Assembly: GCA_021796415.1 (NCBI GenBank)
Contig: JAJYJC010000001.1
Location: 18,742 to 82,741, forward strand
DNA length: 64,000 nt
Origin: a bacterium
GTDB lineage: Bacteria > Patescibacteriota > CPR2 > UBA1875 > JAJYID01
Reading direction: 5' to 3'
Of this stretch, positions 28,440 through 38,921 are shown one piece after another. How positions within the stretch are numbered: the first letter of the stretch is position 1; the number at the start of each line of letters is the position of its first letter. The notes beneath the pieces were generated by a model. The model was not told the DNA's origin. It did not search any database and saw nothing but the letters and a program-made list of their open reading frames with translations. Both the position numbers and the translations under genes were made by a program.

Positions 28440-28508
28440 AAGGCGATTGCGTATAGTCAATGAGTGCGGAAGTCGTGTTTGATCAAGTTCAGAATGGCAG
28501 AGGAAAAA

Positions 28509-29069
28509 CTATTTAGCCCGTTCGACATATGATCCGCCACGGGTGTCAATGCGGATCCTGTCTCCCTTTTTTATGAAAAGAGGCACGTTCACTTTGAGTC
28601 CCGTTTCGATTTTAACAACCTTCGTTGCTCCGGTTGCCGAATCTCCCTTCAGACCCTTTTCAGCTTCGGTTACGGTAAAGTCCATTTTTATAGGAAGATC
28701 GATAGCAATAGCTTTCCCTTCAAACAGTTGCAGCTGGTAAGCCTCTCCTTCAATCAAATACTTAGACGCTTCACCGACAAAATCTCCGCTAAGCGCAACT
28801 TGCTCGTAAGTTGCCTGGTCCATAAAATTGAAATTGTCGCCGTCTCTATATAAGAATTGGGCTTTTTTTCTCTCTATCGACACTGGCGGGAATTTCTCCC
28901 CGCCGCGGAATGTCTTTGAAATAATGACCCCGGTCATTAAATTTTTTATCTTTGTCTTTAAGACTGCTCCGCCGCGGCCCATTTTGGAATGCTGATATTC
29001 GAGCACGACATATGGCTCTCCTTCAAATTCAAAGACTATGCCTGTTTTTAGATCTGTTATTCCGTACAT
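28509..29069 (-). CDS. efp: Elongation factor P
   Basis: Contains GIVFEFEGEPYVVLEYQHSKMGRGGAVLKTKIKNLMTG. Confidence 0.9.
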   Translation of the reverse strand: MYGITDLKTGIVFEFEGEPYVVLEYQHSKMGRGGAVLKTKIKNLMTGVIISKTFRGGEKFPPVSIERKKAQFLYRDGDNFNFMDQATYEQVALSGDFVGEASKYLIEGEAYQLQLFEGKAIAIDLPIKMDFTVTEAEKGLKGDSATGATKVVKIETGLKVNVPLFIKKGDRIRIDTRGGSYVERAK

Positions 29070-29159
29070 AATTGGTTATCGGGTAATTAGGTTAATAGGT
29101 AAGTCGGTAATAATTTTATCCCATGAACCGACAAACCGAACAACCCATAAACCCATCTC

Positions 29160-29402
29160 CTATCTATTCACAAAAGGAAGCAAAGCTATAATTCTTGCGC
29201 GTTTTATTTCAAGAGCAACCTTGCGCTGATGTTTAACGCAGTTGCCTGTTCTCTTTCGCGACTCTATCTTGCCATAGCCGGAAATGAACTTCTGAAGCCC
29301 TTTGACATCTTTGTAGTCAATTTTCAAATCCTTGTCTATGCAAAATCTGCACCCTTTTCTGGGCACAAATGTGGTTTGTTTGTCTCTAGAACGGTATGTC
29401 AT
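29160..29402 (-). CDS. rpsR: 30S ribosomal protein S18
   Basis: Contains CRFC...IDYKD...GKI..RKRTG.C.KHQRK...IKRARIIALLPF. Confidence 0.85.
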   Translation of the reverse strand: MTYRSRDKQTTFVPRKGCRFCIDKDLKIDYKDVKGLQKFISGYGKIESRKRTGNCVKHQRKVALEIKRARIIALLPFVNR

Positions 29403-29859
29403 CGATATTTATCTCCTCTTCTTCCGCTTCAACTTTAGCGGATTCTTTGTCATCTTTTTTCGCTTTTTTGCTATCGGCTTTTTTCACCGCCGGTTTTTCA
29501 TCATCTATCGGGAAGTCGCCGCCATCACGCCTCGAATCAACAAAGGCTATGTCCTGGGCAACAATCTCGGTTTTTTGCCTTTTTGCGCCGTCTTGTCCTT
29601 CCCAGCTTCTGGTTTGGAGGCGGCCCATCACGTGAACCTTTCTGCCTTTTGTTAAATACTGGCTGCAGAGTTCGGCCAGCTTGCCCCATACAACAACTTC
29701 GTGGAATTCCACTTCGTCTTTTTTCTCGCCGTTTGCATCTTTCCAAGAACGATTAGTGGCTACCCCAAATGATGTTACCGGTTGGCCGTTCGGTGTGTAT
29801 CTAAGCTCCGGATCGCGCGTTAGATTACCCATTATGATTGCCAGGTTTACATTTTGCAT
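29386..29859 (-). CDS. ssb: Single-stranded DNA-binding protein
   Basis: Has an OB-fold N-terminus (NLAIIMGNLTRDPELRYTPNG) and an acidic tail ending in DDIPF. Confidence 0.9.
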   Translation of the reverse strand: MQNVNLAIIMGNLTRDPELRYTPNGQPVTSFGVATNRSWKDANGEKKDEVEFHEVVVWGKLAELCSQYLTKGRKVHVMGRLQTRSWEGQDGAKRQKTEIVAQDIAFVDSRRDGGDFPIDDEKPAVKKADSKKAKKDDKESAKVEAEEEEINIDDIPF

Positions 29860-29962
29860 GGCTTTCTCCTTTTGTCCTAGTAAACTAGGAACTTAGTTAA
29901 TTGGTTGATTAGGTTATTTTTATATCCCGCCCGAATTCCTAATTACCTAGGTACCTATGCAC

Positions 29963-30436
29963 CTAATTTCCTTCTCCCTCTCCTATTATTTCTTTTAACT
30001 TTTCGTCGAGTTCTTTTTGTCTTTCTTTTTCTTCCTTTGCCGTTTCGGTTTTTGTTTTCTTTTGTGAAATTTTTGGTGCCTCGTCTTTCTTCGCCGGTGA
30101 CTCTTTTTTCATTGTTGTTTTCTTCTTCGTGGTTTCAGCCTTGACTTCTCGGCCTTCCACAACCAATACTATCATTTGACGGATAATCTCTTCTGAAAGC
30201 CGTAATAGCCTTTCAACTTCATTGATAGCGGCTGGGTCGATTTCTACAACCATATATTCATAAATCCCATATGTATTGTGCTTTATCTCATATGCTAGCT
30301 TTTTCTTCCCCCAGCTTTCTTCACTAAGAATTTTGCCTTTCCTGCCTTCAACGTCTTTTTTGACCTTTTCTGTAATTTTGGCGGTACTACCTTCAAGATC
30401 TGGGTGTATAATGTAGACGATTTCGTATTTTTTCAT
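29963..30436 (-). CDS. rpsF: 30S ribosomal protein S6
   Basis: Starts MKKYEIVYIIHPDL. This is the classic rpsF-ssb-rpsR arrangement. Confidence 0.85.
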   Translation of the reverse strand: MKKYEIVYIIHPDLEGSTAKITEKVKKDVEGRKGKILSEESWGKKKLAYEIKHNTYGIYEYMVVEIDPAAINEVERLLRLSEEIIRQMIVLVVEGREVKAETTKKKTTMKKESPAKKDEAPKISQKKTKTETAKEEKERQKELDEKLKEIIGEGEGN

Positions 30437-30557
30437 TAAAAAAATTCCTTTCCACGGACCCTTATAGGGGCTTCTGGCTTTTAGCCGAAGCAAAAACGAA
30501 AATTATTTATTATTATTTAACTGTAGATATTATATAAAATTTAAGAATATAAGTCAA

Positions 30558-31085
30558 ATGCAAAAACTGTTCTCTGAGTTTAATAAAACGCTCGTTATCA
30601 GCCGGCAGGAAAAAGCCGCCATTGGTTTTTTGAAAAATGTGATACTCAACCCGGAAAACGGTAAAGCTGTGGGCATATCTTTCAAAACTCCCGATAGAGA
30701 CAATATGACATTGGTAGCAAGCACTTCGGCCATAGTGGGCACCGGGCTTAACTTTATAATGATCGACAAGATAGATTCAGTAGGTTCGCCCGATGAGATA
30801 ATAAGGGTGAAAGAGATTTTGGACAAGGGCATTGAACTGATTGATTCCAAAGTCATAGATGAAGATGGCAGAAATATGGGCAGAGTCAATAATTATTCCA
30901 TAAACCTTAAGACCTTAAGACTGCGCAGGTTGTATGTTTTAAGCTCAAGCCTTATAAAGATCATTGCGAAGGAAATCATTATCCCCGAAGAAGACATTAT
31001 AAAGATAGAGAAGAATAAAATTACCGTTAGAAGCGGCAAGATTAAGGCAGGTAAAAAAATCCCCGCTCTGGCGGAAGAGCCTTAA
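30558..31085 (+). CDS. Hypothetical protein (tentatively two PRC-barrel-like modules)
   Basis: Repeated GKAVG/GRNMGRV motifs, each followed by a hydrophobic beta stretch. The similarity is weak. Confidence 0.3.
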   Translation: MQKLFSEFNKTLVISRQEKAAIGFLKNVILNPENGKAVGISFKTPDRDNMTLVASTSAIVGTGLNFIMIDKIDSVGSPDEIIRVKEILDKGIELIDSKVIDEDGRNMGRVNNYSINLKTLRLRRLYVLSSSLIKIIAKEIIIPEEDIIKIEKNKITVRSGKIKAGKKIPALAEEP

Positions 31086-31152
31086 CCTAAAAACACCTCG
31101 ATTTAAGCGCAAAGAAATTATTGGATAGTATATTTTACTTTAGAATATTATA

Positions 31153-32172
31153 ATGAGTTCAATGGAGGACCATAGCACTAAACAAATAAACTTGGCGCTG
31201 TTGGGCAACTTTTTAGTGGCTGTTTTAAAATTTCTGGTTGCTGCCGTTTCCGGGTCTGCCGTAATGTTTTCGGAAGGATTGCATTCTGTTGCCGACACAG
31301 CAAATGAGGTATTTCTCCTTTTTGGTCTGAAAATGTCAGGCCGGCCGGCAAACAAGGAGCATCAGTTCGGTTTTGGCAAAGAAAGATTTTTTTGGAGCCT
31401 GATCGCTGCCTTTGGTATCTTGATAGTCGGCTGCGTGTTGTCTATTCAAAAGGGAATGAATGCGATACTTCACCCGGAGGAAATAAAGCTTATTCAGTGG
31501 CCGCTCCTTGTGATTATTATCTCAATCATCATCGAAGGATACACACTTTTTGTCACTTATCGTTTCCTGCACAAAACGAAAGGCAAGGCAAATCTCTTGA
31601 AATTTCTCGACGATTCATCTGAAACGGCTGTCATTACCGTTTTCTTCGAGGATACGGCGGCTGTTACCGGATTGATTATCGCGGCATGCGGCATCTTGCT
31701 CTCATACTTCTTCAGAACCTCGCTCTATGACGGCATCGCATCGGTTGCGATAGGCGTCCTTCTGGGGCTGGTTGCCATTTTTTTAGCCAATAAGAACAAG
31801 GATCTCCTAACCGATCAGGCGCATCTAACGATTAATAAAAGAGCAGGTGAAATTCTGATGAGACATCCTGCCGTGGAAAAATTCCATGATCTTCGCACTA
31901 TAATTTTCGGACCAAAACACGTTGTGGTGGTTTCAGATGTCGAGTTTAAGGAAGAATTTATATATGATAATATCGAGAATGATCCGGGGAAAGACCGAAA
32001 GGAGTATACGGAAGAAGTCATTAAAACAATCGGAGATCTCACTGACCAGCTGGAAGCACAGATAAGGAATGCCTGCCCGGAAGTCAAAGAAATTTACCTC
32101 GAAGTTGAGCAGGGTAAGGCTTTGACACTAGGTAATAATATCTCAACATTGAATCAAAAGAATACAACCTAA
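31153..32172 (+). CDS. Cation diffusion facilitator (CDF) family metal efflux transporter
   Basis: Has six TM helices (LHSVADTANEVFLLFGL) and a C-terminal cytoplasmic domain. Confidence 0.8.
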   Translation: MSSMEDHSTKQINLALLGNFLVAVLKFLVAAVSGSAVMFSEGLHSVADTANEVFLLFGLKMSGRPANKEHQFGFGKERFFWSLIAAFGILIVGCVLSIQKGMNAILHPEEIKLIQWPLLVIIISIIIEGYTLFVTYRFLHKTKGKANLLKFLDDSSETAVITVFFEDTAAVTGLIIAACGILLSYFFRTSLYDGIASVAIGVLLGLVAIFLANKNKDLLTDQAHLTINKRAGEILMRHPAVEKFHDLRTIIFGPKHVVVVSDVEFKEEFIYDNIENDPGKDRKEYTEEVIKTIGDLTDQLEAQIRNACPEVKEIYLEVEQGKALTLGNNISTLNQKNTT

Positions 32173-32420
32173 AAAGCACTTGACAGTGGATAGTATAAGG
32201 AGTATCATTTGTTGCGTCGTCTTAAAAGAGAGGATGTTGATGTTGACAATAGTTTTGTGGGTAATCGCCCTTGGCTTTACCTACGGTGTAATAGCACGAT
32301 AAAAAAGTTCCCCGAAAGGGAATTTTTTTATTTCCGGAGCAAAAAATCTTAAGTCTCTTCAATAAAACTAAAGTAGTTTGTTTAATATATCTAAAAGTTC
32401 GAACCTGCTATGGTCCATCA

Positions 32421-33023
32421 TTAAATATTCATTTCAATGACAACCTTTTTAAAAATATCGTACGAAAAACCTCTCCGGGATAGGTTCTCATAGAGCTTTT
32501 GTTTTTTTGTTTGTGAATCTTCTTTTTCGTATTTTTTCAGAACCTTCTCAGCAGCTTTTTTTGCATTCTCCAACTCTATTGCATCATCCTTTTCCTGAAT
32601 TACTTGTTCAATAGTCTCCTTATCAATGCCTTTTTTTTGAAGCTCAAGTCGCACTAATCTTTTGCCTTTCTTGCTATCTTCGGCAAAATGTTGCGCAAAT
32701 TCCTTGTCATTTAAAAGGCCCGATTTTTCTAACCGGCAAATAACCTTATCAATTATCGGTTTTTCAAAGTTTTTACTCAGCTTTTGTCTCATTTCACCCG
32801 AACTATTCGCCCGGTATGAAAGTATCAGCAGGCTTCTATCAAATGCTTTCGACTCCGGGTCCTTTTCTTTCAGCTCTTGAATTTGTTTCTCTGATAATTT
32901 CTCATTTTCCTGTAATCCAGAGTCTTCAAGTGTTCTTCTTGCCAGCGAAAATCTATAAACGCCATCGAGATAGATGTTGCATCTATCTCGCTTGGACTGT
33001 TTTTCTATTTTGGTGATTTTCAT
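32421..33023 (-). CDS. recX: RecA regulator RecX
   Basis: Has a helical-repeat architecture and lies downstream of recA. The ORF's N-terminal extension (RFWPSQNDAT) is hairpin-repeat-encoded, so the likely start is at 33023. Confidence 0.65.
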   Translation of the reverse strand: MKITKIEKQSKRDRCNIYLDGVYRFSLARRTLEDSGLQENEKLSEKQIQELKEKDPESKAFDRSLLILSYRANSSGEMRQKLSKNFEKPIIDKVICRLEKSGLLNDKEFAQHFAEDSKKGKRLVRLELQKKGIDKETIEQVIQEKDDAIELENAKKAAEKVLKKYEKEDSQTKKQKLYENLSRRGFSYDIFKKVVIEMNI

Positions 33024-33042
33024 TCTAAGCTCCCGAGTGGCG

Positions 33043-33385
33043 TCATTCTGGCTTGGCCAGAATCTATCTAAGAATTTCTCCATACAAATCCTTAAATTCA
33101 GGATTTTCCTTTCTGATTAAATCCAATTTGTCTCTTCTGTTCATGTCTTTAATTTGTTTCTCTCGAACAATAGCTTTTATAGCTGTATCAAATACCTCAA
33201 AATAAACTAATTTATGAATATGATACCTTTTCGTAAATCCTTCAACCAGCTCATTTTTATGCTGGTAAACCCTTTTTCTGAGGTCATTAGCTATACCGGC
33301 GTAGAGCGTTGGTCTTTCGTTTGTCATAATATATGTGAAGTATTGTTTATTCATAGGCTTTGATTCTGGCCAAGCCAGAATGACG
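33043..33385 (-). mobile_element. GIY-YIG nuclease unit flanked by type-B hairpins (copy 5), inserted between recA and recX
   Basis: gtcattctggcttggccagaatc sits at 33043-33065 and gattctggccaagccagaatgac at 33363-33385. Confidence 0.7.
33064..33354 (-). CDS. Stand-alone GIY-YIG nuclease, copy 5 (divergent paralog)
   Basis: Contains YFTYIMTNERPTLYAGIAN...RVYQHK. Confidence 0.85.
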   Translation of the reverse strand: MNKQYFTYIMTNERPTLYAGIANDLRKRVYQHKNELVEGFTKRYHIHKLVYFEVFDTAIKAIVREKQIKDMNRRDKLDLIRKENPEFKDLYGEILR

Positions 33386-33409
33386 AGAAGGAAGGATGCT
33401 TAGGTCTAG

Positions 33410-34414
33410 TTACTTCTTTACCGGAAAGTATTTGTCTCGTAAAACTTTTTCAAGTTCTGAGAATACTTTTTCATTATCTTTCAAGAACTGCTTGGCCGCT
33501 TCTCTGCCTTGCCCGATTTTCTTGTCCTTATATTCATACCAAGCTCCGCTTTTTTTAATAAGGTCGTCCTTTACCGCCAAGTCTAGGAGGTCGCCGTATT
33601 TTGATATACCTTCGTTATACATCACATCAAATTCCGCCGATCTAAATGGCGGCGCAACCTTATTTTTTACTACTTTTACCATCACGTGGTTTCCGATAAC
33701 GGTATCTCCGTCTTTGATCTGCTCTTTTCTGCGGATATCCATTCTGACCGAGGAGTAGAATTTTAGGGCATTCCCGCCGGTTGTTACCTCTGGATTTCCA
33801 AACATGACACCTATTTTCATTCTCAACTGATTAATGAAAACTAGAGTGGTATTTGACTTTGATGTCGCTCCTGTTAGTTTTCTTAGAGCCTGTGACATAA
33901 GCCGAGCCTGAAGGCCGAGGTGAGAATCCCCCATTTCCCCTTCTATTTCATTTTTTGGCACAAGAGCCGCTACAGAATCTACAACAACCACATCAACAGC
34001 ATTCGAGCGGACTAAGGTTTCTGTAATTTCGAGAGCCTGTTCCGCCGTATCAGGCTGAGAAACAAGCAACTTATCAATGTTTACCCCAATGTTTTTGGCA
34101 TACTCGGTATCCAGAGCATGTTCTGCGTCAATGAAAGCGGCCACTCCGCCCTTCCTTTGGGCCTCACTTACGATGTGGTATGCAAGCGTTGTTTTTCCGC
34201 TGGATTCAGGACCATATATTTCGATAACCCTTCCTCGCGGTACACCGCCGACACCGAGCGCAATATCTAGTGACAGCGACCCGGTCGGTATAACCTGCAC
34301 ATTTTGAGTCCCGGCATCACCGAGCTTCATTATAGAACCCTTACCAAACTGCTTTTCAATCTGATCTACGGCCATCTGAATGGCTTGCGTTTTCCCTGAT
34401 TTTTCGTCTGTCAT
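33410..34414 (-). CDS. recA: Recombinase RecA
   Basis: Contains [20 protein letters not shown] (Walker A) and the L1/L2 loops. Confidence 0.95.
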   Translation of the reverse strand: MTDEKSGKTQAIQMAVDQIEKQFGKGSIMKLGDAGTQNVQVIPTGSLSLDIALGVGGVPRGRVIEIYGPESSGKTTLAYHIVSEAQRKGGVAAFIDAEHALDTEYAKNIGVNIDKLLVSQPDTAEQALEITETLVRSNAVDVVVVDSVAALVPKNEIEGEMGDSHLGLQARLMSQALRKLTGATSKSNTTLVFINQLRMKIGVMFGNPEVTTGGNALKFYSSVRMDIRRKEQIKDGDTVIGNHVMVKVVKNKVAPPFRSAEFDVMYNEGISKYGDLLDLAVKDDLIKKSGAWYEYKDKKIGQGREAAKQFLKDNEKVFSELEKVLRDKYFPVKK

Positions 34415-34478
34415 TTCTTCCTCCTTTTGTAACTAATTACTAATATTAAACGAATCTACAAATATTACGAATTGTATA

Positions 34479-34880
34479 CTAATCGCTCAAGTTAAGAATT
34501 CTTTTAAATCTTACTTCATCAGGACCAAAATTTACCAAGATTCCAAGTTTTAATCCTGTGGTTCTCAAATATTCACTTATCTGTTTTACACTAGCCCTAT
34601 TAAGTCTATTTCCTGCTTTCAGCTCTATAATTATTTTGTCTTCTATTAAGAAGTCAAGGAAGCGGCTACCAACTTTTTCGCCCTTAAAGTAAATCGGGCA
34701 ATGAATCTGTCTCGTATAGTTTAAAGCTGCTTCCTTAAAGGCCAATTCCAAAGAATCTTCATAGGATTTTTCTCGCAGCCCGGGCCCCAATTCATTATGC
34801 ACTTTGAACATCAATCCTATTAGCTTGTAGGAAAGTTCAGGATAAGCTATTTCTTTTCTAATAGTTGTATTTATAAACAT
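34479..34880 (-). CDS. GxxExxY family protein (PD-(D/E)XK-like)
   Basis: Contains ...EYLRTTGLKLGILVNFG..., a family often associated with 23S rRNA intervening sequences. Confidence 0.55.
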   Translation of the reverse strand: MFINTTIRKEIAYPELSYKLIGLMFKVHNELGPGLREKSYEDSLELAFKEAALNYTRQIHCPIYFKGEKVGSRFLDFLIEDKIIIELKAGNRLNRASVKQISEYLRTTGLKLGILVNFGPDEVRFKRILNLSD

Positions 34881-34936
34881 TGATTTGTTTTTGTAATATT
34901 TGTAGATTCGTTTGGCTTTGTAATTCGTTACAAGAT

Positions 34937-35329
34937 TTATTTTGCGAATTTTAAATTAAATAAGTATTGTTCTTTGACCTTATTTCTTTTCTCAACCTTG
35001 ATCAATCCTTCGAGCAATCTGATCAAAAGGTCCCCTTGGGTTTTTATCATTTTGTAGCTGGCTAAGGTTATCCTATTGTATTCCTTAAACAGCCTGGCAT
35101 AAAACAAGACATTTTCACAAAGCTTTATCGCTTTTCTGTAACACTCAATTCTTTCTTTTTCGTTATAGCATTCATAACTCATGGAAACCAGTGATGTTAT
35201 CTCGACCGAATCCTCTCTCATTGCTTCCAGAAAATTACTGTATTTTTTAATCTTTTTTGTTTTTGATTCCACCAGCGCAAAAAATTCGTTGGCTTTTTTG
35301 ATGATTTGCACTTCGATATACTCTCTCAT
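34937..35329 (-). CDS. Hypothetical protein
   Basis: An ORF predicted to be helical, with no recognisable motif. Confidence 0.3.
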   Translation of the reverse strand: MREYIEVQIIKKANEFFALVESKTKKIKKYSNFLEAMREDSVEITSLVSMSYECYNEKERIECYRKAIKLCENVLFYARLFKEYNRITLASYKMIKTQGDLLIRLLEGLIKVEKRNKVKEQYLFNLKFAK

Positions 35330-35345
35330 GGCTCGCTCCCTTGCG

Positions 35346-35981
35346 TTACTCTTTAAAATTTTTAATAACCCCTATCACCTTTCCCTGGATCATAAATGTG
35401 CCAGGTTCCGGAATAATAGTCTTGTGATCTTTGTTCGAGCTCATCGGCTCAAACATCGCCTTGCCCTTATCGGTTCGCAGTTTTTTGACTGTTGCTTCCG
35501 TCCCAATCAAAACAACTACCTTGTCACCGTTCTCAGCATGGCTTGTCTTTCGAAAAACAATATAGTCGCCATCATCGATACCGGCAAGGTTCATGGAATC
35601 GCCTTTTGCCGTCAGCATAAAGACGTCTTGCGCTCTTTTGACCAGTTTGGTTGAAAGGGGAATCCAATCCTCAATCATTTCCTCGGCATATATCGGCATA
35701 CCGCAGGCAACCCGGCCGACAAGAGGGACATTGACCACGCCTTCATTTTCGGCAACCGGCTTTCGCCCATCTAATATGACAATTCCTCTGGCTTGGTTCT
35801 CCAATCTTCGAATTTGCCCTTTGCTTTCAAGCGCTCTTAAGTGGGAAACAACTCCCATCGGAGAAGAACAGCCGATCTTTTCCTGCAATTCCCGCACTGT
35901 CGGCGCACCGCCGGTTTTATCGACGGATTCCTTAATCCAGCTAAGGACTTTCTTTTGTTTGTCAGTTAATTCTTTTGCCAT
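35346..35981 (-). CDS. lexA: SOS repressor LexA
   Basis: Has an N-terminal wHTH and a C-terminal S24 peptidase domain (GDSM...K). Confidence 0.9.
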   Translation of the reverse strand: MAKELTDKQKKVLSWIKESVDKTGGAPTVRELQEKIGCSSPMGVVSHLRALESKGQIRRLENQARGIVILDGRKPVAENEGVVNVPLVGRVACGMPIYAEEMIEDWIPLSTKLVKRAQDVFMLTAKGDSMNLAGIDDGDYIVFRKTSHAENGDKVVVLIGTEATVKKLRTDKGKAMFEPMSSNKDHKTIIPEPGTFMIQGKVIGVIKNFKE

Positions 35982-36036
35982 GATTGTCTCCGTTTTAATT
36001 GTTGTAAATGTTTTAGCTGTTCTAAATGTTATAATA

Positions 36037-36127
36037 CTATACAGCTTAATTATTTTGTATAGTGTAAGTGTATACTATAACTTATCCACAGGTCAAGGGT
36101 TTTGTATAGTATAAACGAGTATACAAA
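36037..36127. promoter_or_regulatory. Cluster of TATACA/TGTATA inverted repeats in the lexA promoter region (candidate SOS operators)
   Basis: ctataca-N12-tgtatag lies at 36037-36062 and ttttgtata-N11-tatacaaaa at 36099-36127, with gtatac at 36071. A related tacaa-N10-ttgtatac lies upstream of recA (34455-34480). Confidence 0.35.
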
Positions 36128-36175
36128 ATGAAAAAGAACCTCAGCTAGGCTCTTTTTCTGTCAGTGTTTTTTTAT

Positions 36176-37957
36176 TTAGACTTCGATAATCACCGAGATG
36201 ACCATCGGGCTGCGCTTGGTGTGTTGATAGAGGAACGAGCTGACATGATCGCGAATCTTAACCTTCATGTTTGCCCAGTTCGGCAATGGCTCGCCTTCCC
36301 GCCGTGACATCATCCTTTTGACTTCATTGCGCGCGTTATTGACCAACTGTTCGTTCTCGCGCATATAGATGAAGCCGCGGGAAATAATGTCCGGACTCGT
36401 AAGCAGCCGTCCGGTTTTTTTATCAACCGTGCAAATGACCACAAATATGCCTTCTGTCGCCATAACCTTGCGATCACGCAGGACTATTTCGCCGACATCG
36501 CCGATGCCAAGCCCGTCTACCAACACTACGCCGTTTTGAACTTTCTTCTCAGCTTTGGCCACCCGTCCGTTTGCAATTTCCAGAACATCACCGTTATCGC
36601 AAACAAAGGTGTTCTCGACCGGAATACCGACGCTTTGAGCAAGCTCGGCGTGATGAACTAGGTGATGCACCTCGCCGTGCCAGGGGATTAGATACTTTGG
36701 ATGCACAAGCTCAATCATAAGCTTCAGCTCTTCCTGTCCCGGATGTCCGGTCACATGAGTTCTGGAGCCGTTTTTCTCGTCAAAAACTACTTCTGCGCCC
36801 CGCCTAAAAAGATCATCTATGACAGTAGTGATGGCTGACTCATTGCCCGGAATGGGAGAAGATGAGAATACCACTGTATCGCCTCTTTTAATCTTGATCT
36901 GTTTGTGTTCGCCTCGAGCCATTCGTGATAATGCAGACATCGACTCGCCTTGAGAGCCCGTACTCATAACTGACACCTGATTGTCGGCGTATTTGCCGAT
37001 GTCTTGGATTTTTATAACCGTATCTTGCGGAATTTTTAAATATCCAAGCCGGACTGCCACCTCCACATTCTTAAGCAAGCTTCTGCCCGAGAAGGCGAGC
37101 TTCCTCTTGTGCGCTTTTGCGGCATTTATAATGAGTTGAATCCTGTTTATCTGGGATGAGAAAGACGCGATGATAATTCTGCCCGTGGCTCGATCAAAAA
37201 TCTTGTCAAATGTTACCGCCAGCTCTTTCTCGCTGATGGAATATCCCGGCACCTCAGCGTTGGTTGAGTCCGAAAACATCGCCAAGACACCTTTCTCTCC
37301 GAGAGCCGAGAGCTTTGGAATGTCGGTTTTGCGCCCGTCGACAGGGGAGTGGTCAAATCGAAAGTCTCCGGTGTAGAAAACCCGGCCGGCTGGAGTATTT
37401 ATAACCACGCCAACCGCATCGGGAATGGAGTGAGCCACGCGCACCCATTCGATTTCGAATGCGCCAAGTTTCAACTTGTCCTTGTCCGGATCAATGACGT
37501 TTAATTTTAGACCTTTGTAAGGGTGTTCCGCCATTTTGGCTTCAATTAAACCGCAGGTTAGTTTCGGCGCGTAAATCGGCGCATTTATTTGCGGCATTAT
37601 AAACGGAATAGCGCCGATGTGATCTTCGTGTCCGTGCGTGATCAAGACACCGCGGATTTTGTCCTTTTTATCCTGCAGATAAGAGATGTCGGGTATGAGG
37701 TAATCAATGCCAAGCATGTCCCCGTCAGGGAAGTTAAATCCCATATCGACGATAATTATGTCGTTTTCGTACTCATAAACAGTCATGTTTTTGCCGACCT
37801 CGCCCAAACCGCCGAGGGGAATGACTTTCAAGACGCCTTTCCCTGGTCTGGCTTGAGCAGAGCTTTGCATCACTGATTCGTTTTTTGTCTTTATATTTTT
37901 GTTTTTGAGCGACGCGTCATATGGCGTCTGTTTTCTTTGCTTTGTCTTTGCGTTCAT
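36176..37957 (-). CDS. rnj: Ribonuclease J (beta-CASP metallo-beta-lactamase RNase)
   Basis: Contains VIPLGGLGEVGKNMTVYEY...ITHGHEDHIGAIPF. Confidence 0.9.
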   Translation of the reverse strand: MNAKTKQRKQTPYDASLKNKNIKTKNESVMQSSAQARPGKGVLKVIPLGGLGEVGKNMTVYEYENDIIIVDMGFNFPDGDMLGIDYLIPDISYLQDKKDKIRGVLITHGHEDHIGAIPFIMPQINAPIYAPKLTCGLIEAKMAEHPYKGLKLNVIDPDKDKLKLGAFEIEWVRVAHSIPDAVGVVINTPAGRVFYTGDFRFDHSPVDGRKTDIPKLSALGEKGVLAMFSDSTNAEVPGYSISEKELAVTFDKIFDRATGRIIIASFSSQINRIQLIINAAKAHKRKLAFSGRSLLKNVEVAVRLGYLKIPQDTVIKIQDIGKYADNQVSVMSTGSQGESMSALSRMARGEHKQIKIKRGDTVVFSSSPIPGNESAITTVIDDLFRRGAEVVFDEKNGSRTHVTGHPGQEELKLMIELVHPKYLIPWHGEVHHLVHHAELAQSVGIPVENTFVCDNGDVLEIANGRVAKAEKKVQNGVVLVDGLGIGDVGEIVLRDRKVMATEGIFVVICTVDKKTGRLLTSPDIISRGFIYMRENEQLVNNARNEVKRMMSRREGEPLPNWANMKVKIRDHVSSFLYQHTKRSPMVISVIIEV

Positions 37958-38106
37958 TTTGTTGTAATTTTCTCCTTTTTACCCCGAGTATTTGGGGTCT
38001 GCCCCGAACAATCACCGAGGACTTTGAGTTCTTTAATTAATATTAGTTTTTAATAATTTACCTTGTCATTCTGAAACATGACTTAAGAATCTATATAATA
38101 AATGCT

Positions 38107-38153
38107 GGATTCCGGATCCCCGCCTGCCGGACGGGCAGGAAGTCCGGAATGAC
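38107..38153. repeat. Hairpin repeat (long unit)
   Basis: ggattccggatccccgcctgccggacgggcaggaagtccggaatgac. Confidence 0.7.
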
Positions 38154-38162
38154 CGCGATTTG

Positions 38163-38921
38163 TCAAATTAATTTTTGTTGTTTAGGTTGATTGTCATTAT
38201 TATTTAAATTTTCTTCTTCAATTCTCTTCAGAATCTTGGGGATTTTATTGAAATCTGCTTGCAGTGTTTTCTTCATGCTTCCGTTATAAAGCGCGACTGC
38301 GGGATGATATAGTGCCAAAAATACTTGTTTTCGGCCACCCTTTGCCTGCCCCACACTTGAAATAGTGCGTGGGTCATTCTCATCCCCCCCTTTGTCATCC
38401 CCGCCTTCTCTTTTGTCATTCCCGCGCAGGCGGGAATCCAGTCCTTCAAAATGCAATTCCTTGCGAAATGCATTGCCATGAGCCTTTGAAATCTGTAATG
38501 ACGGGAAAAATCTGTTCATGGCATGCCGGCCTAGAAATACGATTAACTTTGGATCAATAAGTTCAATTTGCTTTTTCAAATACGGCCAGCACATTTGCGC
38601 CTCTTCCGGCAATGGATCGCGGTTGTTCGGCGGCCTGTGCTTCAAAACATTTGCTATGTAGACATCTTTTCGCTGCCAGCCTAAGCTTTGAATCAATTCA
38701 GTTAGAAGCTGTCCCGCTCGGCCGACAAATGGTTCGCCTTGCTGGTCTTCATCCTTGCCCGGCGCCTCGCCGATAAACATGACGTCAGCCGTTTCGCTGC
38801 CGACTCCCGGCACATCCTTGGTTTTTGTCTTAAACAGCGAACATCGCTCGCAAGCAGAAATAAGCTTATTCAAAGCCGAAATACTATCAGCACCTAAAAT
38901 ATCCTCGTCAGTTATTTTCAT
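38163..38921 (-). CDS. Family 4 uracil-DNA glycosylase carrying an in-frame hairpin-repeat insertion
   Basis: Contains [32 protein letters not shown]. The insert [19 protein letters not shown] is encoded by repeats at 38373-38439. Confidence 0.8.
   Translation of the reverse strand: MKITDEDILGADSISALNKLISACERCSLFKTKTKDVPGVGSETADVMFIGEAPGKDEDQQGEPFVGRAGQLLTELIQSLGWQRKDVYIANVLKHRPPNNRDPLPEEAQMCWPYLKKQIELIDPKLIVFLGRHAMNRFFPSLQISKAHGNAFRKELHFEGLDSRLRGNDKREGGDDKGGDENDPRTISSVGQAKGGRKQVFLALYHPAVALYNGSMKKTLQADFNKIPKILKRIEEENLNNNDNQPKQQKLI

Noticed and set aside
29332-29746. Overlapping small ORFs around ssb and rpsR on both strands
   Set aside because: They are alternative-frame or antisense ORFs within well-conserved ssb and rpsR coding sequence.
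36175-36180. Rho-independent terminator for RNase J at 36120-36175
   Set aside because: The T-rich tail is present, but I could not find a convincing self-complementary stem. I did not annotate it.
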